Origin: an uncultured Oligoflexia bacterium
Lineage (GTDB): Bacteria > Bdellovibrionota > UBA1018 > UBA923
NCBI GenBank assembly: GCA_964649095.1
Contig: CAZYPH010000001.1
Location: 69,407 to 124,167 of the forward strand
DNA: 54,761 bases
Direction: 5' to 3'
Position 1 is the stretch's first letter; each line of letters opens with the position of its first letter. The position numbers and the translations under genes are program-made. A model generated the notes under the pieces. It saw only the letters and a list, made by a program, of their open reading frames with translations, made no database searches and had not been told where the DNA came from. Below, piece by piece: positions 1 to 7,552 of the stretch.

Positions 1-26
1 CGTAGGAATGGCAATTAATGTCTTCA
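1..26 (-). CDS. 5' end (9 codons, MKTLIAIPT) of an unidentified gene that runs off the window
   Basis: ATG at 26-24 on the minus strand, 24 nt downstream of the ssb stop. Too short to identify. Confidence 0.15.
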
Positions 27-50
27 TGTATAACTATCTCTGGGCCTGTA

Positions 51-563
51 CTAAAACGGAATGTCTTCGTCAGAAAACGACGGTTCTTCCATACGCACTT
101 GACTAGGTTCATCGGCCGTTGGCGCTGCACCCATGCCACCACCAAATGGTGCTGATTGATTTAAAGCTGCGCCACGATCGTTCGCGTAACCGCCACCGGT
201 ATAACCACCCGAAGTACGCTCTCCGGTGCGTTCATTTGCGCCACCCAAAAATTGAACGGTAGAGGCTACGACTTCGGTCGTATAACGCGTCTGGCCTTCT
301 TTATCTTGCCATTGACGGGTCTGTAGTTTGCCCTCTAAAAAACACTGGCGGCCTTTCGACAAATACTGCCCGCACAGCTCGGCGAGTTTGCCCCAGACCA
401 CAATTTTGTGCCATTCAGTGCGGTCTTGTTTTTGACCGTTTTTATCGGTCCAAGACTCATTGGTAGCTAAAGTGAACGACCCTACCGCTCCACCGCCCTG
501 AGTATGGCGGATTTCTGGATTGGCCCCTAATCTTCCTATTAAAATTACTTTATTTACTGACAT
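51..563 (-). CDS. ssb: Single-stranded DNA-binding protein
   Basis: OB-fold string MSVNKVILIGRLGANPEIR...TEWHKIVVWGKLAE...EGKLQTRQWQDKEGQTRYTTEVV, a Gly-rich linker, and the acidic tail DEDIPF. I take the internal ATG at 563 (MSVNK) as the start rather than the ORF-track start at 626. Confidence 0.95.
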   Translation of the reverse strand: MSVNKVILIGRLGANPEIRHTQGGGAVGSFTLATNESWTDKNGQKQDRTEWHKIVVWGKLAELCGQYLSKGRQCFLEGKLQTRQWQDKEGQTRYTTEVVASTVQFLGGANERTGERTSGGYTGGGYANDRGAALNQSAPFGGGMGAAPTADEPSQVRMEEPSFSDEDIPF

Positions 564-836
564 GAGAGTAAGAATCTTCGATTTGGTGAGGCTTTGGCAA
601 GTCGGCAAATAGTAATCTTTTGGCACTCGTCTAAAACCTAAACACGAAAATTATTATGCGGGATTCGATCCCTACAAAAAAAACGCCCCTAGATCGGGTG
701 TGAGTGTATTATCGCCCCGCTCAGGTTTAATTAAAACAGAATAGAATCTGCGACTTAGACAAAATAATGCTACGGCCCCAATCATGTTATTTTTAATGGC
801 ACAACTGTTGCTTTTAAGGCGCCCGACAGCAGGCCA

Positions 837-890
837 CTCTCTCTCAAGAAATACCTGTTGTTACATTGACCTCTCTTCTCTCTCTCTCTC
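837..890. repeat. Two CT-dinucleotide / polypyrimidine tracts (837-845 CTCTCTCTC; 870-890 CCTCTCTTCTCTCTCTCTCTC)
   Basis: Read directly in the 381-bp non-coding region between ssb and the first AAA_14 gene. Confidence 0.8.
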
Positions 891-944
891 GAACCCTCGT
901 TGGTTTAATTGCTAAAATTAGACTGGCGGGGGTTTTTAATTATG

Positions 945-1008
945 TGAGTAAAATCAGGTTAACCCTACTTTACTCATGAGTAAAATCGACTTAACCTGAT
1001 TTTACTCA
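945..1008. promoter_or_regulatory. Nested palindrome abutting the start codon of the 1008 gene
   Basis: Perfect 18-bp inverted repeat TGAGTAAAATCAGGTTAA (945-962) / TTAACCTGATTTTACTCA (991-1008). It flanks a perfect 16-bp palindrome TTTACTCATGAGTAAA (969-984). The 8-mer TGAGTAAA occurs four times in alternating orientation. The last base of the right arm is the A of ATG 1008. Confidence 0.6.
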
Positions 1009-2186
1009 TGCCTAAATCACACACCACTTCCAGCACCTCAAAACTAGAACCAACCGGACGATTTCTGAACCCCTACATTCAGGATGACCTCAGTCATCGC
1101 AAAATGGTTTTTATTGGTGGGCCCCGACAGGTTGGTAAAACAACGTTGGCGCTGTCCTACCTCGACAAACAAGAAACCCATCCCGCTTATTTAAATTGGG
1201 ATGTCCCAACCACCCGACAACAGCTTTTAAAGGGCGAAATACCAAGTTCGCAACCCTTACTCATCTTTGACGAAATCCATAAATATGCACGCTGGAGGAG
1301 CTTAATAAAGGGCTTCTACGATACGATGAAGTCCCATACGAAGTTCTTGGTCACAGGTTCTGCTCGTTTAGACTACTACCGAAAAGGGGGTGACTCTTTA
1401 GTGGGGCGGTACCACTATTACCGTTTGCACCCCTACTCTCTGCGCGAACTCAGTGCCGAGTGCCAACACAACGACCTGAAACACCTCTTAAAATTCGGGG
1501 GGTTTCCAGAGCCATTAATTCGTGGCGACGAGGTTTTTTTGCGACGTTGGAGCCGAGAGCGCCTACACCGCGTCGTGCAAGAAGATCTTACCAGCTTGCA
1601 TCAAGTAAAAGAACTATCGTTGATCGAACTTTTATTAAGCGCTCTACCTGAACGCGTAGGGTCACCGCTATCCGTAAAAAATCTCAGGGAACTACTTGAA
1701 GTGTCACACGAATCGGTAGAACGCTGGATATCAATATTAGAAAATTTATATATAGTCTTTAGAATATCTCCATACGGGGCACCCAAAATCAGAGCCGTAA
1801 AAAAAGAACAGAAACTGTATTTCTGGGATTGGTCTCAGATCACAGACGAAGGCGCTCGATTCGAAAATCTCGTAGCAAGCCAATTACTAAAGTACTGCCA
1901 CTTCGTCGAAGACACTACTGGACACGCCATGGAACTACGTTTTGTGCGCGACACCGACAAACGAGAAATCGACTTCGTGGTGCTCAAAGATAAAAAGCCA
2001 ATCTTTGCCGTGGAAAGCAAAACCGGTGAAAAACAGCCTAGCGCTGCCGCGCACTACTTTCGAGCTCGTACTCCGATAAGAACCTTCTACCAAGTCCATT
2101 TGGGCGAACGCGACTACGGGGACGCCGCGACAGGCGTACGCGTTTTGCCGTTTAGGTCTTTTTGCAAAGAATTGCAGATGCCATAA
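1008..2186 (+). CDS. AAA+ ATPase of the AAA_14/DUF4143 family (paralog P1)
   Basis: Walker A GGPRQVGKTT, Walker B LLIFDEIHK, sensor-like LVTGSARLD. C-terminal D...ExK string REIDFVVLKDKKPIFAVESK. Shares KEQKLYFWDWS with P4. Confidence 0.85.
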   Translation: MPKSHTTSSTSKLEPTGRFLNPYIQDDLSHRKMVFIGGPRQVGKTTLALSYLDKQETHPAYLNWDVPTTRQQLLKGEIPSSQPLLIFDEIHKYARWRSLIKGFYDTMKSHTKFLVTGSARLDYYRKGGDSLVGRYHYYRLHPYSLRELSAECQHNDLKHLLKFGGFPEPLIRGDEVFLRRWSRERLHRVVQEDLTSLHQVKELSLIELLLSALPERVGSPLSVKNLRELLEVSHESVERWISILENLYIVFRISPYGAPKIRAVKKEQKLYFWDWSQITDEGARFENLVASQLLKYCHFVEDTTGHAMELRFVRDTDKREIDFVVLKDKKPIFAVESKTGEKQPSAAAHYFRARTPIRTFYQVHLGERDYGDAATGVRVLPFRSFCKELQMP

Positions 2187-2189
2187 ATG

Positions 2190-2259
2190 AATCCGAAACT
2201 TTAACCAGCATGTTAAAAAGTATGCCTATTTTTTAACATGCTGGTTAAAATTTCGGATT
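2190..2259. terminator. Very long hairpin between convergent genes (possible bidirectional terminator)
   Basis: Left arm AATCCGAAACTTTAACCAGCATGTTAAAAA (2190-2219) and right arm TTTTTAACATGCTGGTTAAAATTTCGGATT (2230-2259). Arms are 30 bp with 1 mismatch and a 10-nt loop. A/T runs lie within the arms. Confidence 0.5.
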
Positions 2260-2304
2260 TAAGTGAATGACTCATTGCTCGTTAGTCGGTCAACTTCAAC
2301 GCCG

Positions 2305-3501
2305 CTACCCAAAAAACGGCTGCATTCTATGATACCACTCGGCGAGCTCTCGAAACGAAACTACCTGAGTGCCCATCCAACGCCCTAAGGGCTCGCCGCC
2401 ATAAATGAGTACATTGCCGTGCGGACGTGCCTCGGGTTCAATTTTAGCAAAGTTGCTGAGCCCTTTTAGAAAGTCTTGATTCAATGTTGCGGACGATTTG
2501 ATCTCAATCGGTAGAAACATACCGCCCACTTCGATTACGACATCGACTTCATTACCAGAGTGGTCTCGATAAAACGCCATCTGCTCACGGAGGCCGCGAT
2601 TCCAGCGCGCTTTTATCAAGTCCATCACTACTAAATTTTCAAACAATAACCCACGCAAAGGGTGCGATGGCCACTGTTTTGCCGACTCTATCCCCAGCAA
2701 ACAACTCGCAACACCGACATCAAAAAAATAAAGCTTCGGTGATTTCACCAAACGTTTTGAAATATTTTTAAAATACGGACGCACGAGCATAATCACATAA
2801 GAGGCTTCAAGCGCTGACAACCAATGGCGCACGGTCGTAGCTGAAACACCCGCATCATTCGCAAGCTGATCAATGTTAAGCACCTGACCAATACGCCCCG
2901 CACACAAACGCATAAACCGCTGAAACGTACTAAGGTCTCGAATCTGTGTAATTTGTCGAAGGTCCTTTTCTATATAGGTTTCTATATATGCATTGTAGGC
3001 CTGCGTCGGATTTAAAGATTCGACCAACACACGAGGGTAAAACCCCTGATACAACATTTCATCGATTGAGGTGTTCGTTAGACTAGGCCGCCACTCTTCT
3101 AAACTCAGTGGTAGTAATTTTAGAATAGCCACGCGCCCTGCTAGCGACTGCGCCGTAGCGGCTTGCAGCTCGGGTTGATGACTACCCGTCAATATGAACT
3201 GACCTTTTTTTCTTGTTTCATCGACACGCACCTGAATCTCGGACAATAGTTTTGGCACGCGTTGCACTTCGTCGAAAATCGCGCCATCAGGGTATTGATT
3301 CAAAAAACCAACCGGATCGGCCTCAGCAAACTCACGTACATTCAAGGCTTCGAGATTGACGTACGGCTTATCGGTAAAAAGTGTTTTTGCGAGCGTTGTT
3401 TTGCCCGACTGCCGCGGTCCAGAAATTAATAATACGGGGTATTGCTGGGTGTATAATCTAGCTTGTTGAGCCGCAACTCTAGGAATGTCACTCTGAATCA
3501 T
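2305..3501 (-). CDS. AAA+ ATPase of the AAA_14/DUF4143 family (paralog P2)
   Basis: Walker A SGPRQSGKTT, Walker B AIFDEVQR, ILTGSHQPE. C-terminal NEVDVVIEVGGMFLPIEIK (D...ExK). Confidence 0.85.
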   Translation of the reverse strand: MIQSDIPRVAAQQARLYTQQYPVLLISGPRQSGKTTLAKTLFTDKPYVNLEALNVREFAEADPVGFLNQYPDGAIFDEVQRVPKLLSEIQVRVDETRKKGQFILTGSHQPELQAATAQSLAGRVAILKLLPLSLEEWRPSLTNTSIDEMLYQGFYPRVLVESLNPTQAYNAYIETYIEKDLRQITQIRDLSTFQRFMRLCAGRIGQVLNIDQLANDAGVSATTVRHWLSALEASYVIMLVRPYFKNISKRLVKSPKLYFFDVGVASCLLGIESAKQWPSHPLRGLLFENLVVMDLIKARWNRGLREQMAFYRDHSGNEVDVVIEVGGMFLPIEIKSSATLNQDFLKGLSNFAKIEPEARPHGNVLIYGGEPLGRWMGTQVVSFRELAEWYHRMQPFFG

Positions 3502-3681
3502 TTAATAATATTAGCCACTTAATAGAAATTTTGCAAATCCGAAGTTGAAGTGTGGATTTTCATAAAGCAACTTCTGCATTGTCATTGGTGGCGGCGACGG
3601 CGGGGAGGGGCCGCAACCACGCCCAATCACACCATAGGACGGCGGTGATTTGGCCAATAAGCAATCTGCGATTCTAGGCAC

Positions 3682-3713
3682 CAGTTAAAATGCACATGAC
3701 TGCATTTTAACTG
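3682..3713. promoter_or_regulatory. 13-bp perfect inverted repeat in the P2/P3 divergent intergenic region
   Basis: CAGTTAAAATGCA (3682-3694) / TGCATTTTAACTG (3701-3713) with a 6-nt spacer, followed by further TGCAG/TGCAT-containing words. Confidence 0.4.
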
Positions 3714-3860
3714 CAGTCAATTTGCAGTCTACTGCATTCTAACTACGCCAAATATTGAGCCTAAAAATTGGTTTTTAGTTGGGAGTTTCTGTCGTAGCTA
3801 CGCTGGAAGACCAGGGGTCTTTAGGGTTTCGGGTAGATATCCCAGAGTGGGAATGGCCTT

Positions 3861-3974
3861 GTAGAATTTGCATTGGATGCAGATTCTACCTAGAGTTTAT
3901 AGAAAATGCATTCAATGCAGATTCTACCAACTCTTTATAGAATTTGCATCGAGGGTGGGTTCTGCTAAAATCAT
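3861..3974. repeat. Three tandem ~38-bp iteron-like units immediately upstream of the 3981 gene
   Basis: Units start at 3861, 3899 and 3937. Units 1 and 2 are imperfect palindromes (TAGAAwwTGCAT-N3-ATGCAGATTCTA) and match at about 29/38 positions. Unit 3 keeps the left half (ATAGAATTTGCAT) but its right half is degenerate. Confidence 0.6.
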
Positions 3975-3980
3975 GACATC

Positions 3981-5201
3981 ATGCCACACATTCGAGAACG
4001 ACACCTTTTAGAGCCCTTCAAAAAACTAATTCGAAACGCCAGAATCGTTGGCATTCTTGGGCATCGACAGGTGGGTAAAACAACTTTGCTGCAGAGTGTA
4101 GCGAAGGAATACGTCACTCTAGACGACGAAGACACTTATATTGCGGCTAAAACATCGCCAAAAAAATTTATTGCAAGTCTTACTGCCAATCTATCTGGAA
4201 TTGATGAGTGCCAATTGGTGCCTGGTTTGTTTCCAGCAGTAAAAGTACGGGTTGGTACTAGCGCCATTCCGGGGCGCTTTATTTTAAGTGGCTCCGTACG
4301 TTTCACTAGCAGAAGAGCTATTCGAGAGTCTCTCACTGGACGCATTTCTAACATCGAACTCTATCCATTTGTATTGACGGAACTCAATGAAACGCCAAAC
4401 AGTTCTTTTCTTCTAAAGGCACTGCAAATAAAAAATATTGATCATCTGGCTAACGATGCCCAACAGGCTCAGTCACAGCATAATAATCGTAGCAAACTAT
4501 TGTTAAAGTATTTGAGTCAGGGCGGTCTTCCGGGCCTCTTTCATTTAAGAGACCTTGCTACCCAGCAGAATCTTTTACGCAATTTAATGGAAACCATTCT
4601 CGATCGTGATCTGCGTTTGGTTTACAATACAACACTGCCGTATCAACGCATTCTTGAATACTGTCAGATGTTAGCACAGGCCCCGCTTGAGATCGTGCGG
4701 CCCTCGACATTAAAAAAGAGCCTGCGCATTGCAGAGTCGACACAAAAAAATCTGCTGCACGCACTGGAATCGGTCTTTCTCATTCGCCGCATACCAGTTG
4801 AAGGCGACTTTAAAGGCGATCTGTTTTGGTTCGAGGATCAAATTGAACGCAACTACTTTGCCAGACAACCCGCTTGGGATGAAAGCGATTGGACCACACT
4901 CGTCTACCGCAATGCTCGTGCGCAGTTTAATTACCAAGTCGGTGAAGCGAGCCACTTTTTCTGCTATCGCACGCGCGGGGGCGCCAGCGTGCCCCTAGGT
5001 ATTCGAACTAGCAACGGCGCGTTGGGTATGATTCCTGTAAAGTCGCAATCGGACATCAATACGTCGCTCAAACGCTCGGCCGAAAGCTTTCTCAAACGCT
5101 ACAACCACTCTAAAGTTCTATTCCTCACTCGCGAAGGCAAAACATTCGACACCATCAACGACCGCATCGCTATTGTACCTGCGCAGGTGGCGTTGTTTTG
5201 A
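3981..5201 (+). CDS. AAA+ ATPase of the AAA_14/DUF4143 family (paralog P3) with a degenerate C-terminal nuclease-like motif
   Basis: Walker A LGHRQVGKTT, Walker B SGIDECQL, ILSGSVRFT. Where the paralogs have D...ExK, this protein has GASVPLGI...GMIPVKS (D to V, E to P). Confidence 0.8.
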   Translation: MPHIRERHLLEPFKKLIRNARIVGILGHRQVGKTTLLQSVAKEYVTLDDEDTYIAAKTSPKKFIASLTANLSGIDECQLVPGLFPAVKVRVGTSAIPGRFILSGSVRFTSRRAIRESLTGRISNIELYPFVLTELNETPNSSFLLKALQIKNIDHLANDAQQAQSQHNNRSKLLLKYLSQGGLPGLFHLRDLATQQNLLRNLMETILDRDLRLVYNTTLPYQRILEYCQMLAQAPLEIVRPSTLKKSLRIAESTQKNLLHALESVFLIRRIPVEGDFKGDLFWFEDQIERNYFARQPAWDESDWTTLVYRNARAQFNYQVGEASHFFCYRTRGGASVPLGIRTSNGALGMIPVKSQSDINTSLKRSAESFLKRYNHSKVLFLTREGKTFDTINDRIAIVPAQVALF

Positions 5202-5551
5202 GGGGGTTGGCTTTGGGGTGAGAAAAGCTCTCTTAGAGCGGCTGGTAATTTATAAATAGGAAAGATTTACCGTAACTTACTAACTGGCTAACTAACATTT
5301 TTGCTGGGAGGGGCAGATTGCCGCAGAGAACTTTGTTTATGGCGGTCGTGGTTATTAAGAAGGTGGTGATGATGTTCAGTTCTACTTGGAAGAATTCGTG
5401 AGTGTTAATTCGAAGGACTTCATAGGCAAGCTGCAACCCCTTAAAGAAATGGCCAGTCTAATATCAAAAAGCAATACTCATTAGCCAATCTACAGCTTGG
5501 GTAATACCTACCTAGTGAAGATCTTCGAGTCTTACGTCGAGAAGTATATCG

Positions 5552-7552
5552 ATGAATGCTACATCATCTCAACACCGAAAAAATCAGCGAGCTATTCTAA
5601 CTCTTTTGCGCGAATTCTTTATATTTGGGCACGATCTGACGCTGCTCATAGGAAAGGATAGTAAGGCTGTTCATATTGTCGAATTAGATGAGAGTAATCC
5701 CCGAGACCTCACACAATCTCGGGTAATAAAACTCACTTCAAAAAATAATAATTCCACGGACAGTAGAACCATTTCTATCAATGACGTTAGGCAGACGAAC
5801 AAAACCACATCGACTGCAATTCAATTAGAACTCAATAACCATTTTTTTTTAATTCCACTCAATGACTTTTTGAAAGTTAACTCAAATGAATACACTGCAA
5901 CATTTAGCCTGAATGATATTTTAAGCGCAAATCGACGACGACATAAGCGAGCTTCTGAGCCTGCATCATTCTATACGCCAATTTTATTTTACCACGGGGA
6001 TCTAAAAACGTATCCAATACCCGGCTTCGCGCGACTGATCGACTTTGACTCGCACGCCGTATGCGTAAATCTACAATTCTTTACGGTAGTAGAGGAATGT
6101 GAGCTGAAAAACGGCACTCTTCTATTCCAGGAACCATTGCTAGGCCTATATGATCGACAGCAAACGATCGCAAATATTCGCAATTTCTTAAACACTACCC
6201 AAGGGCAATCAACGATCACCAAGGTCGACGCAATTTTAAATGTCAAACGCCTGACCGTTCAGTCTTCAAATATTCCGTCGGTAATTCAACCAAATCGACC
6301 ACTCATGCTAGGGTTCATCTGTCTCTTGCACGAACAAAAAACAATTCATGCGCCCGTTGTCGAATTATTTCGCGATGGCTTTTACATTGATATTTCAGCT
6401 CAGGAGGCCCATTGCCTTCCTTCGCAATTTCAAGTGGATCACGACACCACTAAAATTCGATTTCACGCCATGAAGTTAAATGAACGATTATTTATTAGTT
6501 ATTCTGGCTTAACTTTGGGCAACAAAACAATTTGGTTCAATTTTCTAACTAAGGTGGCACTTGGATACGACCATTGTTTTACGGCAGGGGATTCAAAAAG
6601 AGTCACTCATCTTATGTTTGAGTCGGGCAATTATACATCGAGCGCCCTGCTGCAAATTGCCCTTCTCAACGACGCCTTTCAACACAAATGGCCGCTTGAA
6701 ACCGCCTTTTCACCAACGAAATATCGTTGGTTTGTGCGAAATCAAAATGGCGACTACATAGGTCACACCGCCGCAATACGCGTGTCTGAAAAGTTATGGG
6801 GCGCGATCGACAACATTGGCTCGCAGCAATTCGAAGGTAGCTGGAACGCGCAATTTGTGGCTCGTTTCCTAAGAGCTTTTGCAGAATTAATCGACCACCA
6901 AAATACTGATAGCTATGTGCAGTGGTCATTTGTGCCTTCCGCTGGAGTTTGGCAGAAATTTGATGAGGCCATAAAACGGAGGCCTGAGTTAACTTATACG
7001 CGAGATAGGTTTTGGGTGATGCAAATGCTCAATTATGCGCGCCCCAAAATGAAACCCAAACGTAAATACATCATTCGTCAAACCAACATTGAATCTTTAT
7101 ACACAAACCTAGACTTGATGGATGCGCTCTCCCAAAGCCAAAAGCAATTACTATCGCTTCTTGCTGTAGGTATCCAGCCTGACTCTTCATTTCAGAATGA
7201 TTTTTCTAAGGAGCATGGCTATCAGCTCACCCGATTCTATTATGTTATTGAATGTGCTGAAGTCGGTTCTTTTTTGTTAACGTTTACAAACTATCCGGCG
7301 TGGGCATCTCTACACAAGGGGCATGACTGGGACTATATTTTCCCTTTTTCAATAAGTATTGACCTAAGCGAGGACAGTGAAATTGAACTGCTAGCTGCAA
7401 TTGATGAGACTGTCTTTAAGGCTGGCTGTAGACTTCACGCCTTGGCTATCGTTCATCCAACCCTCCGACTAACACGCGGCGTCTCAATAATAAATTTGAC
7501 GTTACGACCAAGCGCCCTAGCGCTAGCAGCTGAAACAGTGGAGCAACTGTGA
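5552..7552 (+). CDS. 666-aa cytoplasmic protein: YcgR-like PilZN + PilZ-like N-terminal module and a ~430-aa C-terminal region of unknown function
   Basis: aa 14-47 AILTLLREFFIFGHDLTLLIGKDSKAVHIVELDE is PilZN-like. aa 128-133 RRRHKR fits the RxxxR motif. aa 162-170 LIDFDSHAV is a non-canonical version of the (D/N)xSxxG strand. The stop overlaps the next gene's start (GTGA). Confidence 0.65.
   Translation: MNATSSQHRKNQRAILTLLREFFIFGHDLTLLIGKDSKAVHIVELDESNPRDLTQSRVIKLTSKNNNSTDSRTISINDVRQTNKTTSTAIQLELNNHFFLIPLNDFLKVNSNEYTATFSLNDILSANRRRHKRASEPASFYTPILFYHGDLKTYPIPGFARLIDFDSHAVCVNLQFFTVVEECELKNGTLLFQEPLLGLYDRQQTIANIRNFLNTTQGQSTITKVDAILNVKRLTVQSSNIPSVIQPNRPLMLGFICLLHEQKTIHAPVVELFRDGFYIDISAQEAHCLPSQFQVDHDTTKIRFHAMKLNERLFISYSGLTLGNKTIWFNFLTKVALGYDHCFTAGDSKRVTHLMFESGNYTSSALLQIALLNDAFQHKWPLETAFSPTKYRWFVRNQNGDYIGHTAAIRVSEKLWGAIDNIGSQQFEGSWNAQFVARFLRAFAELIDHQNTDSYVQWSFVPSAGVWQKFDEAIKRRPELTYTRDRFWVMQMLNYARPKMKPKRKYIIRQTNIESLYTNLDLMDALSQSQKQLLSLLAVGIQPDSSFQNDFSKEHGYQLTRFYYVIECAEVGSFLLTFTNYPAWASLHKGHDWDYIFPFSISIDLSEDSEIELLAAIDETVFKAGCRLHALAIVHPTLRLTRGVSIINLTLRPSALALAAETVEQL

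Noticed and set aside
658-672. tRNA T-arm-like string GCGGGATTCGATCCC, as a possible att relic for the 0.6-11.4 kb accessory region
   Set aside because: Only a 3-4 bp T-stem can be formed and there is no acceptor stem or CCA context. I found no second copy at the other side of the island.
3861-3974. Possible CRISPR array (regular 38-bp periodicity)
   Set aside because: The units are contiguous with no unique spacers. There are only three copies, they are internally palindromic, and they sit directly in front of a start codon. They are operator or iteron-like, not CRISPR. No cas genes are present in the window.
5233-5436. 67-aa minus-strand ORF in the P3 / 5552 intergenic region
   Set aside because: The sequence is hydrophobic, AT-rich-derived and without RBS or motif. 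The region more likely holds the promoter and leader of the 5552 operon.
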